DNA of 24,885 nucleotides from Candidatus Omnitrophota bacterium (GCA_043797665.1 JAZDPL010000074.1:1-24885); one strand, 5' to 3'; positions 16,837-24,840 are shown, numbered from the stretch's first letter. Notes: generated by a model from the sequence alone, not told the origin. Numbers and translations are program-made.

Positions 16837-19800
16837 TCAAGTGATGGTTGTTTTTGCTAAGGTGTGATAATAAGTTTGAAGACTGGTAACAGAAAAATGG
16901 CCTTGTCTCAGTTTGCTGATGGCACTGACTGCAGCCTGGGCGCCAGGAATGGTGGTAATAAGAGGGATATTATGGGCTACTGCTACAGCTCGGATGGAGA
17001 CAGTATCTTTCCTGGGTTTTACTCCGGAAGGTGTATTGATAATTAATTGAACTTCTCCGTTTTTAACATAGTCCATAATATTGAGACGGCCTTCGGAGAT
17101 TTTCAAAACTTCTTTTACCGGTATGCCGGCAGCAGCAATCAGAGCAGATGCGGTTCCGCGAGTAGCCAGAATGTCAAATCCTAAGTTTTTCAATTTCCGG
17201 CCGATAGCAGCCGCCGCTGGCTTGTCTTTATTTTTGACACTGATGAAGACATTCCCTTTTAACGGAAGTTTCGTGCCGGCTGCTAACTGGCTTTTAGCAT
17301 AGGCTAAGCCAAATTCCGTATCAATACCCATCACCTCTCCAGTGGAACGCATCTCCGGTCCTAAGACAGCATCAACTCCCAGGAACCGGTTAAAAGGGAA
17401 GACCGACTCTTTTACTGCGGTATACGGAGGCCAGATTTCTTTGGCGAACCCGAGTTTTTCTAACTTCTCGCCCAGCATTATCCGGGTAGCTAACTTAGCC
17501 AGGGGAATGCCGATAGTTTTGCTGACAAAAGGAATGGTACGGCTGGCGCGAGGATTGACCTCTAAGATATAGAGTTCATCATCCTTTACCGCAAACTGAA
17601 TATTCATTAAACCAACGACTTCAAGTTCAGCCGCCAGGGAGTAAGTTGCCTCTCGGATTTGAGTAATAGTTTTGTAGGATAAGGAATGGGGTGGCAAAAC
17701 CATGGCGCTATCCCCGGAATGGATGCCAGCCTCTTCAATATGTTCCATTATCCCGGCCAGGAGAGTAGTCTTACCGTCAGAGATAGCGTCCACATCAACC
17801 TCAGTGGCATCCTCTAAAAATCTATCTATGAGAACCGGCCGTTCTGAAGATGCCGCCACTGCGTACTTAAGGTATTCAGAGAGTTGCTCTTCGTTATAGG
17901 CTATTTCCATTGCCCTGCCGCCCAGAACATAAGAAGGTCGGACCAGAATCGGGTAGCCAATTCTTTTGGCGATGCCGGCAGCTTCTTCAAAGGAAGAGGC
18001 GGTATCGCTGGGTGGTTGTTTAAGACCCAATTTGTCAAGCAGTATCTTGAATAGTTTCCGGTTCTCTGCCTGGTCAATCTTTTCTGGTTTAGTGCCCAGG
18101 ATAGGGACGCCGTTATCTTCTAAATCAAGAGCCAGATTTAAAGGGGTCTGTCCCCCTAACTGGACGATAACTCCCTTTGGTTTTTCTGTGGCTACTATCT
18201 CCAGGATATCTTCTAAGGTGAGAGGTTCAAAATAGAGGCGGTCAGAGATGTCGTAATCAGTAGAGACTGTCTCCGGATTACAATTAATCATAATGCTCTC
18301 GTATCCAGCCTCGCGAAGCGCCAGGGAGGCGTGGACACAGGCATAGTCAAATTCAATCCCCTGACCGATGCGGTTGGGTCCGGCACCCAGGATGATTACC
18401 TTTTCTTTATTGCTTTTGGGTCTGTCTGCCACCTCATTCTCTCTTTCGTAGGTAGAGTAAAAATAGGGGGTGGCAGCAGCAAATTCCGCCGCACAGGTAT
18501 CAACTAATTTATAAGCAGGTCTGAGACCAAGGGTATGACGCAAATTGCGTATCTCTGCCTCTCTCTTGCCGGAGATACAGGCTAATTGATAATCAGAGAA
18601 TCCCAATCGTTTTGCCTCTTCCAGGATATTCTTTAGAGTTTCAATCTCTTTCTTCCCATCAGGCAGGAAAAATTTGTTGATCTCCGGGACAAACCTTTCT
18701 TTAAGATTCTTTTCCTCAGCAACAATTTCCGCAAGGTTGGAGAGAAACCAGGGGTCAATACCGGTGGTTTCATAAGCTTCTTCAATTGAAAGGAAAGTCT
18801 TCAGCCCGGTGTAAAGATAAAAGATACGGTCTGCGGTTGGCCGCCTTATGTATTCAATCAGTTCTTTCTTATCTCTAATGGCCGGTTCCTTATTATCAGC
18901 ACCCGGACCAAAGCGGTTAATCTCCAGAGAACGCAGACCTTTTCCCAGCGCTTCTTTGAATGTCCGGCCAATCGCCATTATTTCACCCACCGATTTCATT
19001 GAGGTGGTAAGAATTGAGTCAGCGAAGGGAAACTTTTCAAAGGTAAAACGGGGAATCTTGACGACACAATAGTCAATAGTTGGTTCAAAGGAGGCAGGAG
19101 TTTTTTGCGTAATATCGTTTGGTATTTCGTCCAGGGTATAACCCACCGCCAGTTTAGCCGCAATCCTGGCTATCGGGAAACCAGTGGCTTTGGAAGCTAA
19201 AGCAGAAGAACGACTTACCCTGGGGTTCATCTCAATAATTACCATCTGTCCGTCCCTGGGGTTAACGGCAAACTGGATGTTACTGCCGCCGGTATCCACG
19301 CCAATGGCTCTGATACAGGTTATGGCAGCATCGCGCATCTTCTGGTATTCCCGGTCGGTAAGGGTCTGGATGGGGGCTACCGTAATACTGTCACCGGTAT
19401 GAATCCCCATCGGGTCAAGGTTTTCTATAGAACAGATTATGACCACATTGTCTTTGCGGTCGCGCATCACCTCAAGTTCAAACTCCTTCCAGCCGATTAC
19501 GGATTCTTCAATCAGGACTTCACTGACCGGTGAAAGGGTTAAACCACGTTCTACCATGGTTTCAAACTCTACTTTGTTATATGCTATTCCACCGCCGGTG
19601 CCACCCAGAGTAAAACTTGGCCGGATGATTAAGGGAAATCCTATCCGGTCGGCAATCTGCCGGGTTTCTTTCAAGGTGTGTGCCCAGCCGCTTTCTGGAA
19701 GGTCAATTCCCGCCTTAAGCATTGTTTCCTTAAAGAGTTTCCGGTCCTCTCCGCGGTTGATAGCCTCTACTGTTGCTCCGATACATTCTACGTGAAATTT

Positions 19801-20127
19801 ATCCAGAACCTTATTTTCCGCAAGTTGCATTGTCAGGTTAAGTCCGGTCTGTCCGCCCAGGGTTGGTAGAAGGGCATCCGGTCGCTCTTTTTCAATAATC
19901 CGGGCTAAAATTTCCGGGGTGAGAGGTTCAACATAAGTGGCGTCAGCCATCTGCGGGTCAGTCATAATAGTAGCCGGGTTACTGTTGACCAGAACCACCT
20001 GATAGCCTTCTTCTTTGAGGGCTTTACAGGCTTGAGAACCAGAATAGTCAAACTCACAGGCCTGGCTGATGACAATCGGACCGGAGCCGATAATTAAAAT
20101 TTTCCTGATGTCAGTTCTCTTACCCAT
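16837..20127 (-). CDS. carB: Carbamoyl-phosphate synthase large subunit
   Basis: 1096 aa; [50 protein letters not shown], two ATP-grasp domains, MGS domain. Confidence 0.98.
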   Translation of the reverse strand: MGKRTDIRKILIIGSGPIVISQACEFDYSGSQACKALKEEGYQVVLVNSNPATIMTDPQMADATYVEPLTPEILARIIEKERPDALLPTLGGQTGLNLTMQLAENKVLDKFHVECIGATVEAINRGEDRKLFKETMLKAGIDLPESGWAHTLKETRQIADRIGFPLIIRPSFTLGGTGGGIAYNKVEFETMVERGLTLSPVSEVLIEESVIGWKEFELEVMRDRKDNVVIICSIENLDPMGIHTGDSITVAPIQTLTDREYQKMRDAAITCIRAIGVDTGGSNIQFAVNPRDGQMVIIEMNPRVSRSSALASKATGFPIARIAAKLAVGYTLDEIPNDITQKTPASFEPTIDYCVVKIPRFTFEKFPFADSILTTSMKSVGEIMAIGRTFKEALGKGLRSLEINRFGPGADNKEPAIRDKKELIEYIRRPTADRIFYLYTGLKTFLSIEEAYETTGIDPWFLSNLAEIVAEEKNLKERFVPEINKFFLPDGKKEIETLKNILEEAKRLGFSDYQLACISGKREAEIRNLRHTLGLRPAYKLVDTCAAEFAAATPYFYSTYERENEVADRPKSNKEKVIILGAGPNRIGQGIEFDYACVHASLALREAGYESIMINCNPETVSTDYDISDRLYFEPLTLEDILEIVATEKPKGVIVQLGGQTPLNLALDLEDNGVPILGTKPEKIDQAENRKLFKILLDKLGLKQPPSDTASSFEEAAGIAKRIGYPILVRPSYVLGGRAMEIAYNEEQLSEYLKYAVAASSERPVLIDRFLEDATEVDVDAISDGKTTLLAGIMEHIEEAGIHSGDSAMVLPPHSLSYKTITQIREATYSLAAELEVVGLMNIQFAVKDDELYILEVNPRASRTIPFVSKTIGIPLAKLATRIMLGEKLEKLGFAKEIWPPYTAVKESVFPFNRFLGVDAVLGPEMRSTGEVMGIDTEFGLAYAKSQLAAGTKLPLKGNVFISVKNKDKPAAAAIGRKLKNLGFDILATRGTASALIAAAGIPVKEVLKISEGRLNIMDYVKNGEVQLIINTPSGVKPRKDTVSIRAVAVAHNIPLITTIPGAQAAVSAISKLRQGHFSVTSLQTYYHTLAKTTIT

Positions 20128-20129
20128 TT

Positions 20130-21200
20130 CTAAAGGAATCGCTCAAAGATGCTCAGAGCATCGTTTGGACCCGGACCAGCCTCCGGATGAAACTGAATAG
20201 AGAAGAAACGGTTCTTTTTGCTCTCCATCCCTTCTAAACTGCCATCGTTCAGGTTTATGTGGGTAGGCTCAACTTCACCCGGTAGTGTCTGCGGGTCTAC
20301 ACAGAACCCATGGTTCTGGGCAGTAATGAGTACTCTCCCGGTAGATATATCCTTTACCGGGTGGTTAGCGCCGTGGTGGCCAAACTTTAGTTTGTAAGTC
20401 TTTCCTCCTGATGCCAAACCTAAAATCTGATGTCCTAAACAGATACCTAAAATAGGGATACGACCCAGAATCTTCTGTACCTCCCGGACAATGGAATTGA
20501 GAGCCGCCGGGTCCCCGGGCCCATTGGATAGTACCAGGCAATCAGGTTTTTCGGTTATTATCTCCTCAGATGGTGTCTCCGCAGGCATTACCATAACCTG
20601 AAAGCCAACCCGAGTTAAGTTGCGCAGGATACTGTACTTGACCCCACAATCTAAAACGACCGTCTTGCGGGAGCCTTCCCGGTGCCACCAGTAAGCCTTT
20701 TGGGCAGTCACTCTGGCAACCAAATTCTGACCTACTACACCAGATGCTGCCTGGGCTTTGGCAACCAGTGTGTCCGGATTAGAATCTATGGTGGAGATAA
20801 CTGCCTTCATACTTCCTTTTTCCCGGACATGGATAGTCAGCATCCGGGTATCAACTTCTTCAATTCCTAAAATATTGGCTTCGCAAAAATAGTCATTGAG
20901 GGATTTTTTCGCCCGCCAGTTACTGAAGAATCTGGCTACTTCCCTGACCACAAACCCTTCTACCTGAATGCCGGAAGACTCTACATCTTCATTATTTATC
21001 CCGTAGTTGCCGATTAAAGGGTAGGTCATCATTACAATCTGGCCGCGGTAGGAGGGGTCGGTTAAGATTTCCTGGTAGCCGGTGATGCTGGTATTAAAGA
21101 CTAACTCCCCGGTAGTTTCTATTCCTTTTCCGAAAGCAATACCTTCTACCACCAAGCCGTCTTCTAATGCCAGATAAGCCCTGGTGGTTTTGGCAGGCAT
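20130..21200 (-). CDS. carA: Carbamoyl-phosphate synthase small subunit
   Basis: [41 protein letters not shown]. Confidence 0.98.
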   Translation of the reverse strand: MPAKTTRAYLALEDGLVVEGIAFGKGIETTGELVFNTSITGYQEILTDPSYRGQIVMMTYPLIGNYGINNEDVESSGIQVEGFVVREVARFFSNWRAKKSLNDYFCEANILGIEEVDTRMLTIHVREKGSMKAVISTIDSNPDTLVAKAQAASGVVGQNLVARVTAQKAYWWHREGSRKTVVLDCGVKYSILRNLTRVGFQVMVMPAETPSEEIITEKPDCLVLSNGPGDPAALNSIVREVQKILGRIPILGICLGHQILGLASGGKTYKLKFGHHGANHPVKDISTGRVLITAQNHGFCVDPQTLPGEVEPTHINLNDGSLEGMESKKNRFFSIQFHPEAGPGPNDALSIFERFL

Positions 21201-21216
21201 AAGAGTTTGAGTGGAT

Positions 21217-21293
21217 AAAAAAACGTCCTTCTCAGCAGATTGCTAAAAAGGACGTCGTTGTCCCATCTCTAAAACAAAACACTAACGTTGTGT
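21217..21293 (-). promoter_or_regulatory. ANTAR dual-hairpin attenuator in the carAB leader
   Basis: P1 ACAC-AACGTTA-GTGT, P2 GGAC-AACGAC-GTCC overlapping terminator CGTCCTTTTTAGCA-ATC-TGCTGAGAAGGACG-T7. Confidence 0.8.
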
Positions 21294-21304
21294 CTTACTC
21301 AAAA

Positions 21305-21333
21305 AGTATATCTTAGGAATTTATATTTGTCAA
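21305..21333 (-). promoter_or_regulatory. sigma70 promoter of carAB
   Basis: TTGACA-N17-TATACT on the minus strand. Confidence 0.8.
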
Positions 21334-21382
21334 GAATTTCAATTCGGTATCAGTTATGCATTAGTTCTGCATAGATTATTGC

Positions 21383-21411
21383 GAGTTGCTGTTTAGGCTA
21401 AACAGCAACTC
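21383..21411. repeat. Perfect 14-bp palindrome with 1-nt centre
   Basis: GAGTTGCTGTTTAG-G-CTAAACAGCAACTC. Confidence 0.85.
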
Positions 21412-21497
21412 AGGGGAGAGTCGGTATGGTGGATGGGACCTGCCCACAAGGAAGGGATTCTGGGAGCCAGCAGAATCCGGTCAAGGAATATTGGAAG

Positions 21498-21525
21498 AAA
21501 CTAATTGCGACTGGATGGTGGGGTA
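21498..21525 (+). repeat. 28-bp cargo-boundary repeat, copy 2
   Basis: AAACTAATTGCGACTGGATGGTGGGGTA. Confidence 0.8.
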
Positions 21526-21537
21526 AATAGGAATTAT

Positions 21538-21862
21538 GGGGGTATCCACTTGACTCCCGTACCACAAGATGTGGTATATATAGGTAAATACTCAGTGAAC
21601 ACCGTCTGATGGTAGTGTAGGGCCTTGTGCCCGTAAAGATTACGCCCATAAAGAGCTACACTACCTCTATACATTACGGTGTTTACCGAATATTTACATA
21701 TATAGGGAATGGAAGAGCTTCGCGATCCCGCGGGAAACTTTTCTATCGTCTTGTCCAACAAGCCGTAGCAATTGACGCTTTGAGGGGCCGAGATATCAGA
21801 GGTTAACATTTCTATGCATAAACCACTATATGTAGGGGTACGTGAGTCAAGTGGATACCCCC
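21538..21862 (+). mobile_element. Internally deleted IS1595-family (ISSod11-like) element / MITE
   Basis: TIRs GGGGGTATCCACTTGACTC(C/A)CGTACC (25/26); ATTAT on both flanks; 21711-21806 encodes RASRSRGKLFYRLVQQAVAID..., an IS1595-type transposase C-terminus. Confidence 0.8.
21584..21697. mobile_element. 114-bp MITE nested in the IS1595 remnant
   Basis: TIRs GTAAATACTCAGTGAACACCGT / GTAAATATTCGGTAAACACCGT; exact 8-bp TSD ATATATAG at 21576-21583 and 21698-21705. Confidence 0.85.
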
Positions 21863-21987
21863 ATTATAAGAATATCTACCTGGTATGGTATCTAAAGATT
21901 GGGCTGGAATTGCAGAAAGTCCTTGATTTTCAATAGCATCTGTTGAGGGCATGGGATGGTTTCAAGCCACTTAAAAGTTCCAAAGTC

Positions 21988-22004
21988 ATCCACCTCTCCC
22001 AGCT
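21988..22004 (+). repeat. tRNA-Gln 3'-end copy (att-like)
   Basis: ATCCACCTCTCCCAGCT versus tRNA 7574-7590 ATCCACTTGTCCCAGCT, 15/17. Confidence 0.7.
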
Positions 22005-22077
22005 CAGCCCCACTTTCAAATCCAACCTGTTTTCTGCGAATACTTTCTCTTAGAACAAATGTAAGACAAAAAAAGAC

Positions 22078-22106
22078 TTGACATACTTTTAGATGTATGG
22101 TATACT
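22078..22106 (+). promoter_or_regulatory. vapBC promoter with operator-like palindrome
   Basis: TTGACA-N17-TATACT; CATAC-N8-GTATG within the spacer. Confidence 0.8.
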
Positions 22107-22125
22107 TTTGTAAAAAAGGAGGAAT

Positions 22126-22362
22126 ATGACTACGGCAATCGTAACCACAAAAGGACAGATTGTCATACCTTCAAGGATTCGCCGGAGATTTAACATTAAA
22201 AGAGGGACAAAGATATATATTGAAGAAAGACGCGACGAATTAGTTCTTAAAGCTGTTACTCCGGAATATTTTGAAAAAATAGCAGGAGTTTTACAAACCA
22301 GAGGAAAATTATCAAAAACGATACTTGAAGAACGTTCTAAAGATAAAGAAAGAGAGGCTTAA
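22126..22362 (+). CDS. AbrB/MazE/SpoVT-type antitoxin
   Basis: VTTKGQIVIP..IR....I..G motif; AGGAGG RBS; upstream of a PIN toxin. Confidence 0.9.
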   Translation: MTTAIVTTKGQIVIPSRIRRRFNIKRGTKIYIEERRDELVLKAVTPEYFEKIAGVLQTRGKLSKTILEERSKDKEREA

Positions 22363-22366
22363 AAAG

Positions 22367-22765
22367 ATGAAAAAAATTCTTGATGCGCACGGTCTTATGG
22401 TATTTCTTGAAAAAGAGGCCGGTTTTGACAAAGTTGAATCTTTTTTTGTTACCGCCGTAGAAAAAGATAATTATTTGTTGATGACCACGGTGAACTTTGG
22501 TGAGGTTTACTACATTGTTTTGCGCGAATGCGGACAAGATAAAGCACACGAAATTGAGAAGATAATCAGAACTCTCCCCATAGAAATAATTGATGTGAAT
22601 TTGGAACTCGCCCGGGAAGCCGGTCGTTTCAAAGCCACCAGGAAAATTTCCTACGCTGACTGTTTTGCTGCTGCTTTAACAAAACTTTACAAAGGAGAGT
22701 TGGTAACCGGGGATAAAGAATTTAAGGTGTTGGAAGATGAGATAAAAATTTCGTGGCTAATATAA
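22367..22765 (+). CDS. vapC: PIN-domain toxin
   Basis: ILDA, N.GEVYY, SYADCFAAA and LVTGD.EF acidic PIN residues; start at ATG 22367. Confidence 0.9.
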   Translation: MKKILDAHGLMVFLEKEAGFDKVESFFVTAVEKDNYLLMTTVNFGEVYYIVLRECGQDKAHEIEKIIRTLPIEIIDVNLELAREAGRFKATRKISYADCFAAALTKLYKGELVTGDKEFKVLEDEIKISWLI

Positions 22766-22823
22766 TTTTTAGAGAAATTGACTAAAATGTATTGAGGAGT
22801 AATTTATGGATAAGGATGAATTG

Positions 22824-23003
22824 ACCCAAGCCTGTGGCTCAAGTTCGGGCTATTTTGCCCCTAAACCCTGGTTCGAATCCAACTCTCCCTCTTACCTGAC
22901 CGGAAAAACGGCGGAAACCTAAGCTGGCAGGCTCAATTTGGGGATATAAATGTACTTATTCAATCTCCGGAAGACGGTTCGGATAGCGTCCAATCCTCCC
23001 AGC
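22824..23003 (+). repeat. Module-end/att repeat, copy 2 (180 bp)
   Basis: Aligns with 13586-13765; internal TGGTTCGAATCCAACTCTCCC; ends GTCCAATCCTCCCAGC. Confidence 0.92.
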
Positions 23004-23100
23004 TGCAAAGGTCATAAATTAAAAAAGAACCCCCGGTTTATCTATTCGTTACTGAAAACGCACAAGGAATTGCTCCGGGGTACACCATCCTGATATAACA

Positions 23101-23724
23101 CTACTTTAGATTATCCGCTGCGAAACTCCAATTGATCAATTTTTCGAGAACAGCGTTGAGGTAATCCGCGCGTCGGTTCTGATAGTCCAAATAGTAGGCA
23201 TGTTCCCACACGTCGATGGTCAATATCGGCTTCATCCCCTTGGTCAAAGGCACATCGGCATTACTGGTCTTGACCACCTTGAGCTTGCCACCATCCAGCA
23301 CAAGCCACGCCCAGCCGCTGCCGAACTGACTCATTGCTGTAGCCGCCAACTCCTTCCTGCATATGTCTAAGGTTCCAAAGGAAGCCTCAATCTTTATTTT
23401 TAATACTGCAGGTGGTTCACCACCGCCCTTCGGAGTCAAACTGTTCCAGTAAAATGCGTGGTTCCACGCTTGCGCGGCATTATTGAAAATCGCAGTCTTA
23501 TCCACTTTACCGGATGTTGCGGTTATGATTTTTTCCAACGGCAAGGGCGCAAACTCAGTTCCTGCTATCAGCTTATTCAGGTTATCGACATATGTTTTGT
23601 GATGCTTGTCATAATGGAAAGAAATCGTATTTGCGGTTATTACTGGGTCCAGCGCGTTATTTGCGTAGGGCAGTGATGGTAGAACATGCGGAACGGCACT
23701 TTCAATCTTGTCATCGCTCATCAT
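23101..23724 (-). CDS. sodB: Superoxide dismutase, probably Fe-type
   Basis: [34 protein letters not shown]. Confidence 0.93.
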   Translation of the reverse strand: MMSDDKIESAVPHVLPSLPYANNALDPVITANTISFHYDKHHKTYVDNLNKLIAGTEFAPLPLEKIITATSGKVDKTAIFNNAAQAWNHAFYWNSLTPKGGGEPPAVLKIKIEASFGTLDICRKELAATAMSQFGSGWAWLVLDGGKLKVVKTSNADVPLTKGMKPILTIDVWEHAYYLDYQNRRADYLNAVLEKLINWSFAADNLK

Positions 23725-23823
23725 TTTTCCTCCAATGTGGTGAAATAAAAGCCGCTAACGCTATTTTTTAGCGGCACACCGCTTGCGGCCTATTTGCTGC
23801 AAGGGCTTATTGGAAAACCGACT

Positions 23824-23961
23824 TCAGGTCTTAAGGAATGCCAGCAGGTCGGCGTTGAGCTGGTCTTTGTGCGTGTCCGCAAGGCCGTGAGGTGCGCCCG
23901 CGTAGATCTTTAGGGTCGTGTTCCTGACCAGTTTCGCTGAACGGAGAGCCGCGGCACCGAT
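23824..23961 (-). pseudogene. C-terminal 45 aa of a non-heme haloperoxidase-like alpha/beta hydrolase
   Basis: [45 protein letters not shown]; cut where repeat copy 3 begins. Confidence 0.8.
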
Positions 23962-24094
23962 TCGAATCCACCTTTTCCTCATCAACCTGACCGGAAAAAC
24001 AGCGGAAACCTAAGCTGGCAGGCTCATCTTGGGGATATAGACGTACTTATTCAGTCCTTGGAAGGCGGTTCGGATAACGTCCAATCCTCCCAGC
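23961..24094 (+). repeat. Module-end/att repeat, copy 3 (134 bp, 5'-truncated at TTCGAATCCACC)
   Basis: Aligns with the 3' part of copies 1 and 2; ends GTCCAATCCTCCCAGC. Confidence 0.9.
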
Positions 24095-24106
24095 TAAAAA
24101 TTTACT

Positions 24107-24373
24107 TTAAGGGAAAAATCGATAAATATCTTTTCGGTGGAGACACCGGACGAAGAGAATAACGTTATCCTGCTGAACAATTCCTAACCGATAATCACCC
24201 ACTCTAAGGCGAAAATGGTCTTTTACGCTTTGAATTTTCACTACACCCGAAATTTCTTTTAAGGAATGGGATTGTTCAATTTGGGCAATCAAATACTCTA
24301 TTCTTTTTCTGATGCTTTTTTCGGTTATCTTTTTAATATCCTTTGCAAAAGAGCCGGTGAACTCAATCTGCAT
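24107..24373 (-). CDS. RelE/ParE-family toxin
   Basis: IEFT.SF.KDIKK, FRLRVGDYRLG, HRKDIYR.FP. Confidence 0.9.
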   Translation of the reverse strand: MQIEFTGSFAKDIKKITEKSIRKRIEYLIAQIEQSHSLKEISGVVKIQSVKDHFRLRVGDYRLGIVQQDNVILFVRCLHRKDIYRFFP

Positions 24374-24566
24374 GGAGAATATCTATTATCTCTTGTTTAT
24401 TTGCTCGTCCTGTATGTAGTCCCTTTTCAATCGCTTTGTTGAGTCCAATGTCTTCAAATACTTCTAAAAAAGTCTGGTAGAAAAAATCCTTTTTTTCTTC
24501 TATTGCCTGCTCTACCACATTTTTTAAGGTTTTTTCTAAACCAACCACTCCAGATTCTGTTCTCAT
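24363..24566 (-). CDS. Putative cognate antitoxin
   Basis: Small ORF with E..EDIGL..AIE.G motif overlapping the toxin start; GGAGG RBS before ATG 24566. Confidence 0.75.
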   Translation of the reverse strand: MRTESGVVGLEKTLKNVVEQAIEEKKDFFYQTFLEVFEDIGLNKAIEKGLHTGRANKQEIIDILHAD

Positions 24567-24614
24567 CGGGACCTCCGTATATCTTTTTTTCTGCAAGGAA
24601 TTTAAACTTCCACT

Positions 24615-24643
24615 ATTTTAATCTTTTTTCCGCGTCAAGTCAA
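24615..24643 (-). promoter_or_regulatory. Putative promoter of the RelE-type TA operon
   Basis: TTGACT-N17-TAAAAT on the minus strand. Confidence 0.6.
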
Positions 24644-24662
24644 TTGGAAGAGATCAAGAACT

Positions 24663-24691
24663 ACTGAAATTCCGACATAAGAAGTTTTTTA
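24663..24691 (+). repeat. 29-bp repeat, copy 2 (dif-like)
   Basis: Exact inverted copy of 2478-2506; continues as CATAA-N8-TTATG. Confidence 0.85.
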
Positions 24692-24811
24692 TGCTGAAAC
24701 CCGCATCCTGATTGCCATCCGGTAGTTTTTTGTGTAATCCCAGACAATAATTTCTGATTAAGCCGAAAGGCTAATCCCTGTCTTATATTATATCGCATCC
24801 TCCCTCCAAAC

Positions 24812-24840
24812 TTGACACAGGTTTTTATTTATGTTAAAAT
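24812..24840 (+). promoter_or_regulatory. sigma70 promoter for a gene starting at or beyond the window edge
   Basis: TTGACA-N17-TAAAAT with TGn; an ATG lies at 24877. Confidence 0.65.

Larger units (their letters stand above)
7590..24094. mobile_element. Composite island / tandem module array anchored at the tRNA-Gln 3' end (may extend further right)
   Basis: tRNA 3'-end cores ending at 13765, 22003, 23003 and 24094; recombinase remnant; genes truncated at junctions; TA systems. Confidence 0.65.

Noticed and set aside
21410..21809. ORFs 21410-21649 and 21534-21809 (minus)
   Set aside because: They cross nested MITEs and palindromes and show no recognisable protein motif.
13586..24094. The repeats as a CRISPR array or classical integron attC sites
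   Set aside because: Units are 134-180 bp and 1-9 kb apart, there are no cas or intI genes, and I see no RYYYAAC...GTTRRRY attC palindrome.
24818..24840. TTATGTTAAA as a chromosomal dif site
   Set aside because: It matches the XerD arm, but no XerC-like arm lies 6 bp upstream; better explained as the extended -10 of a promoter.
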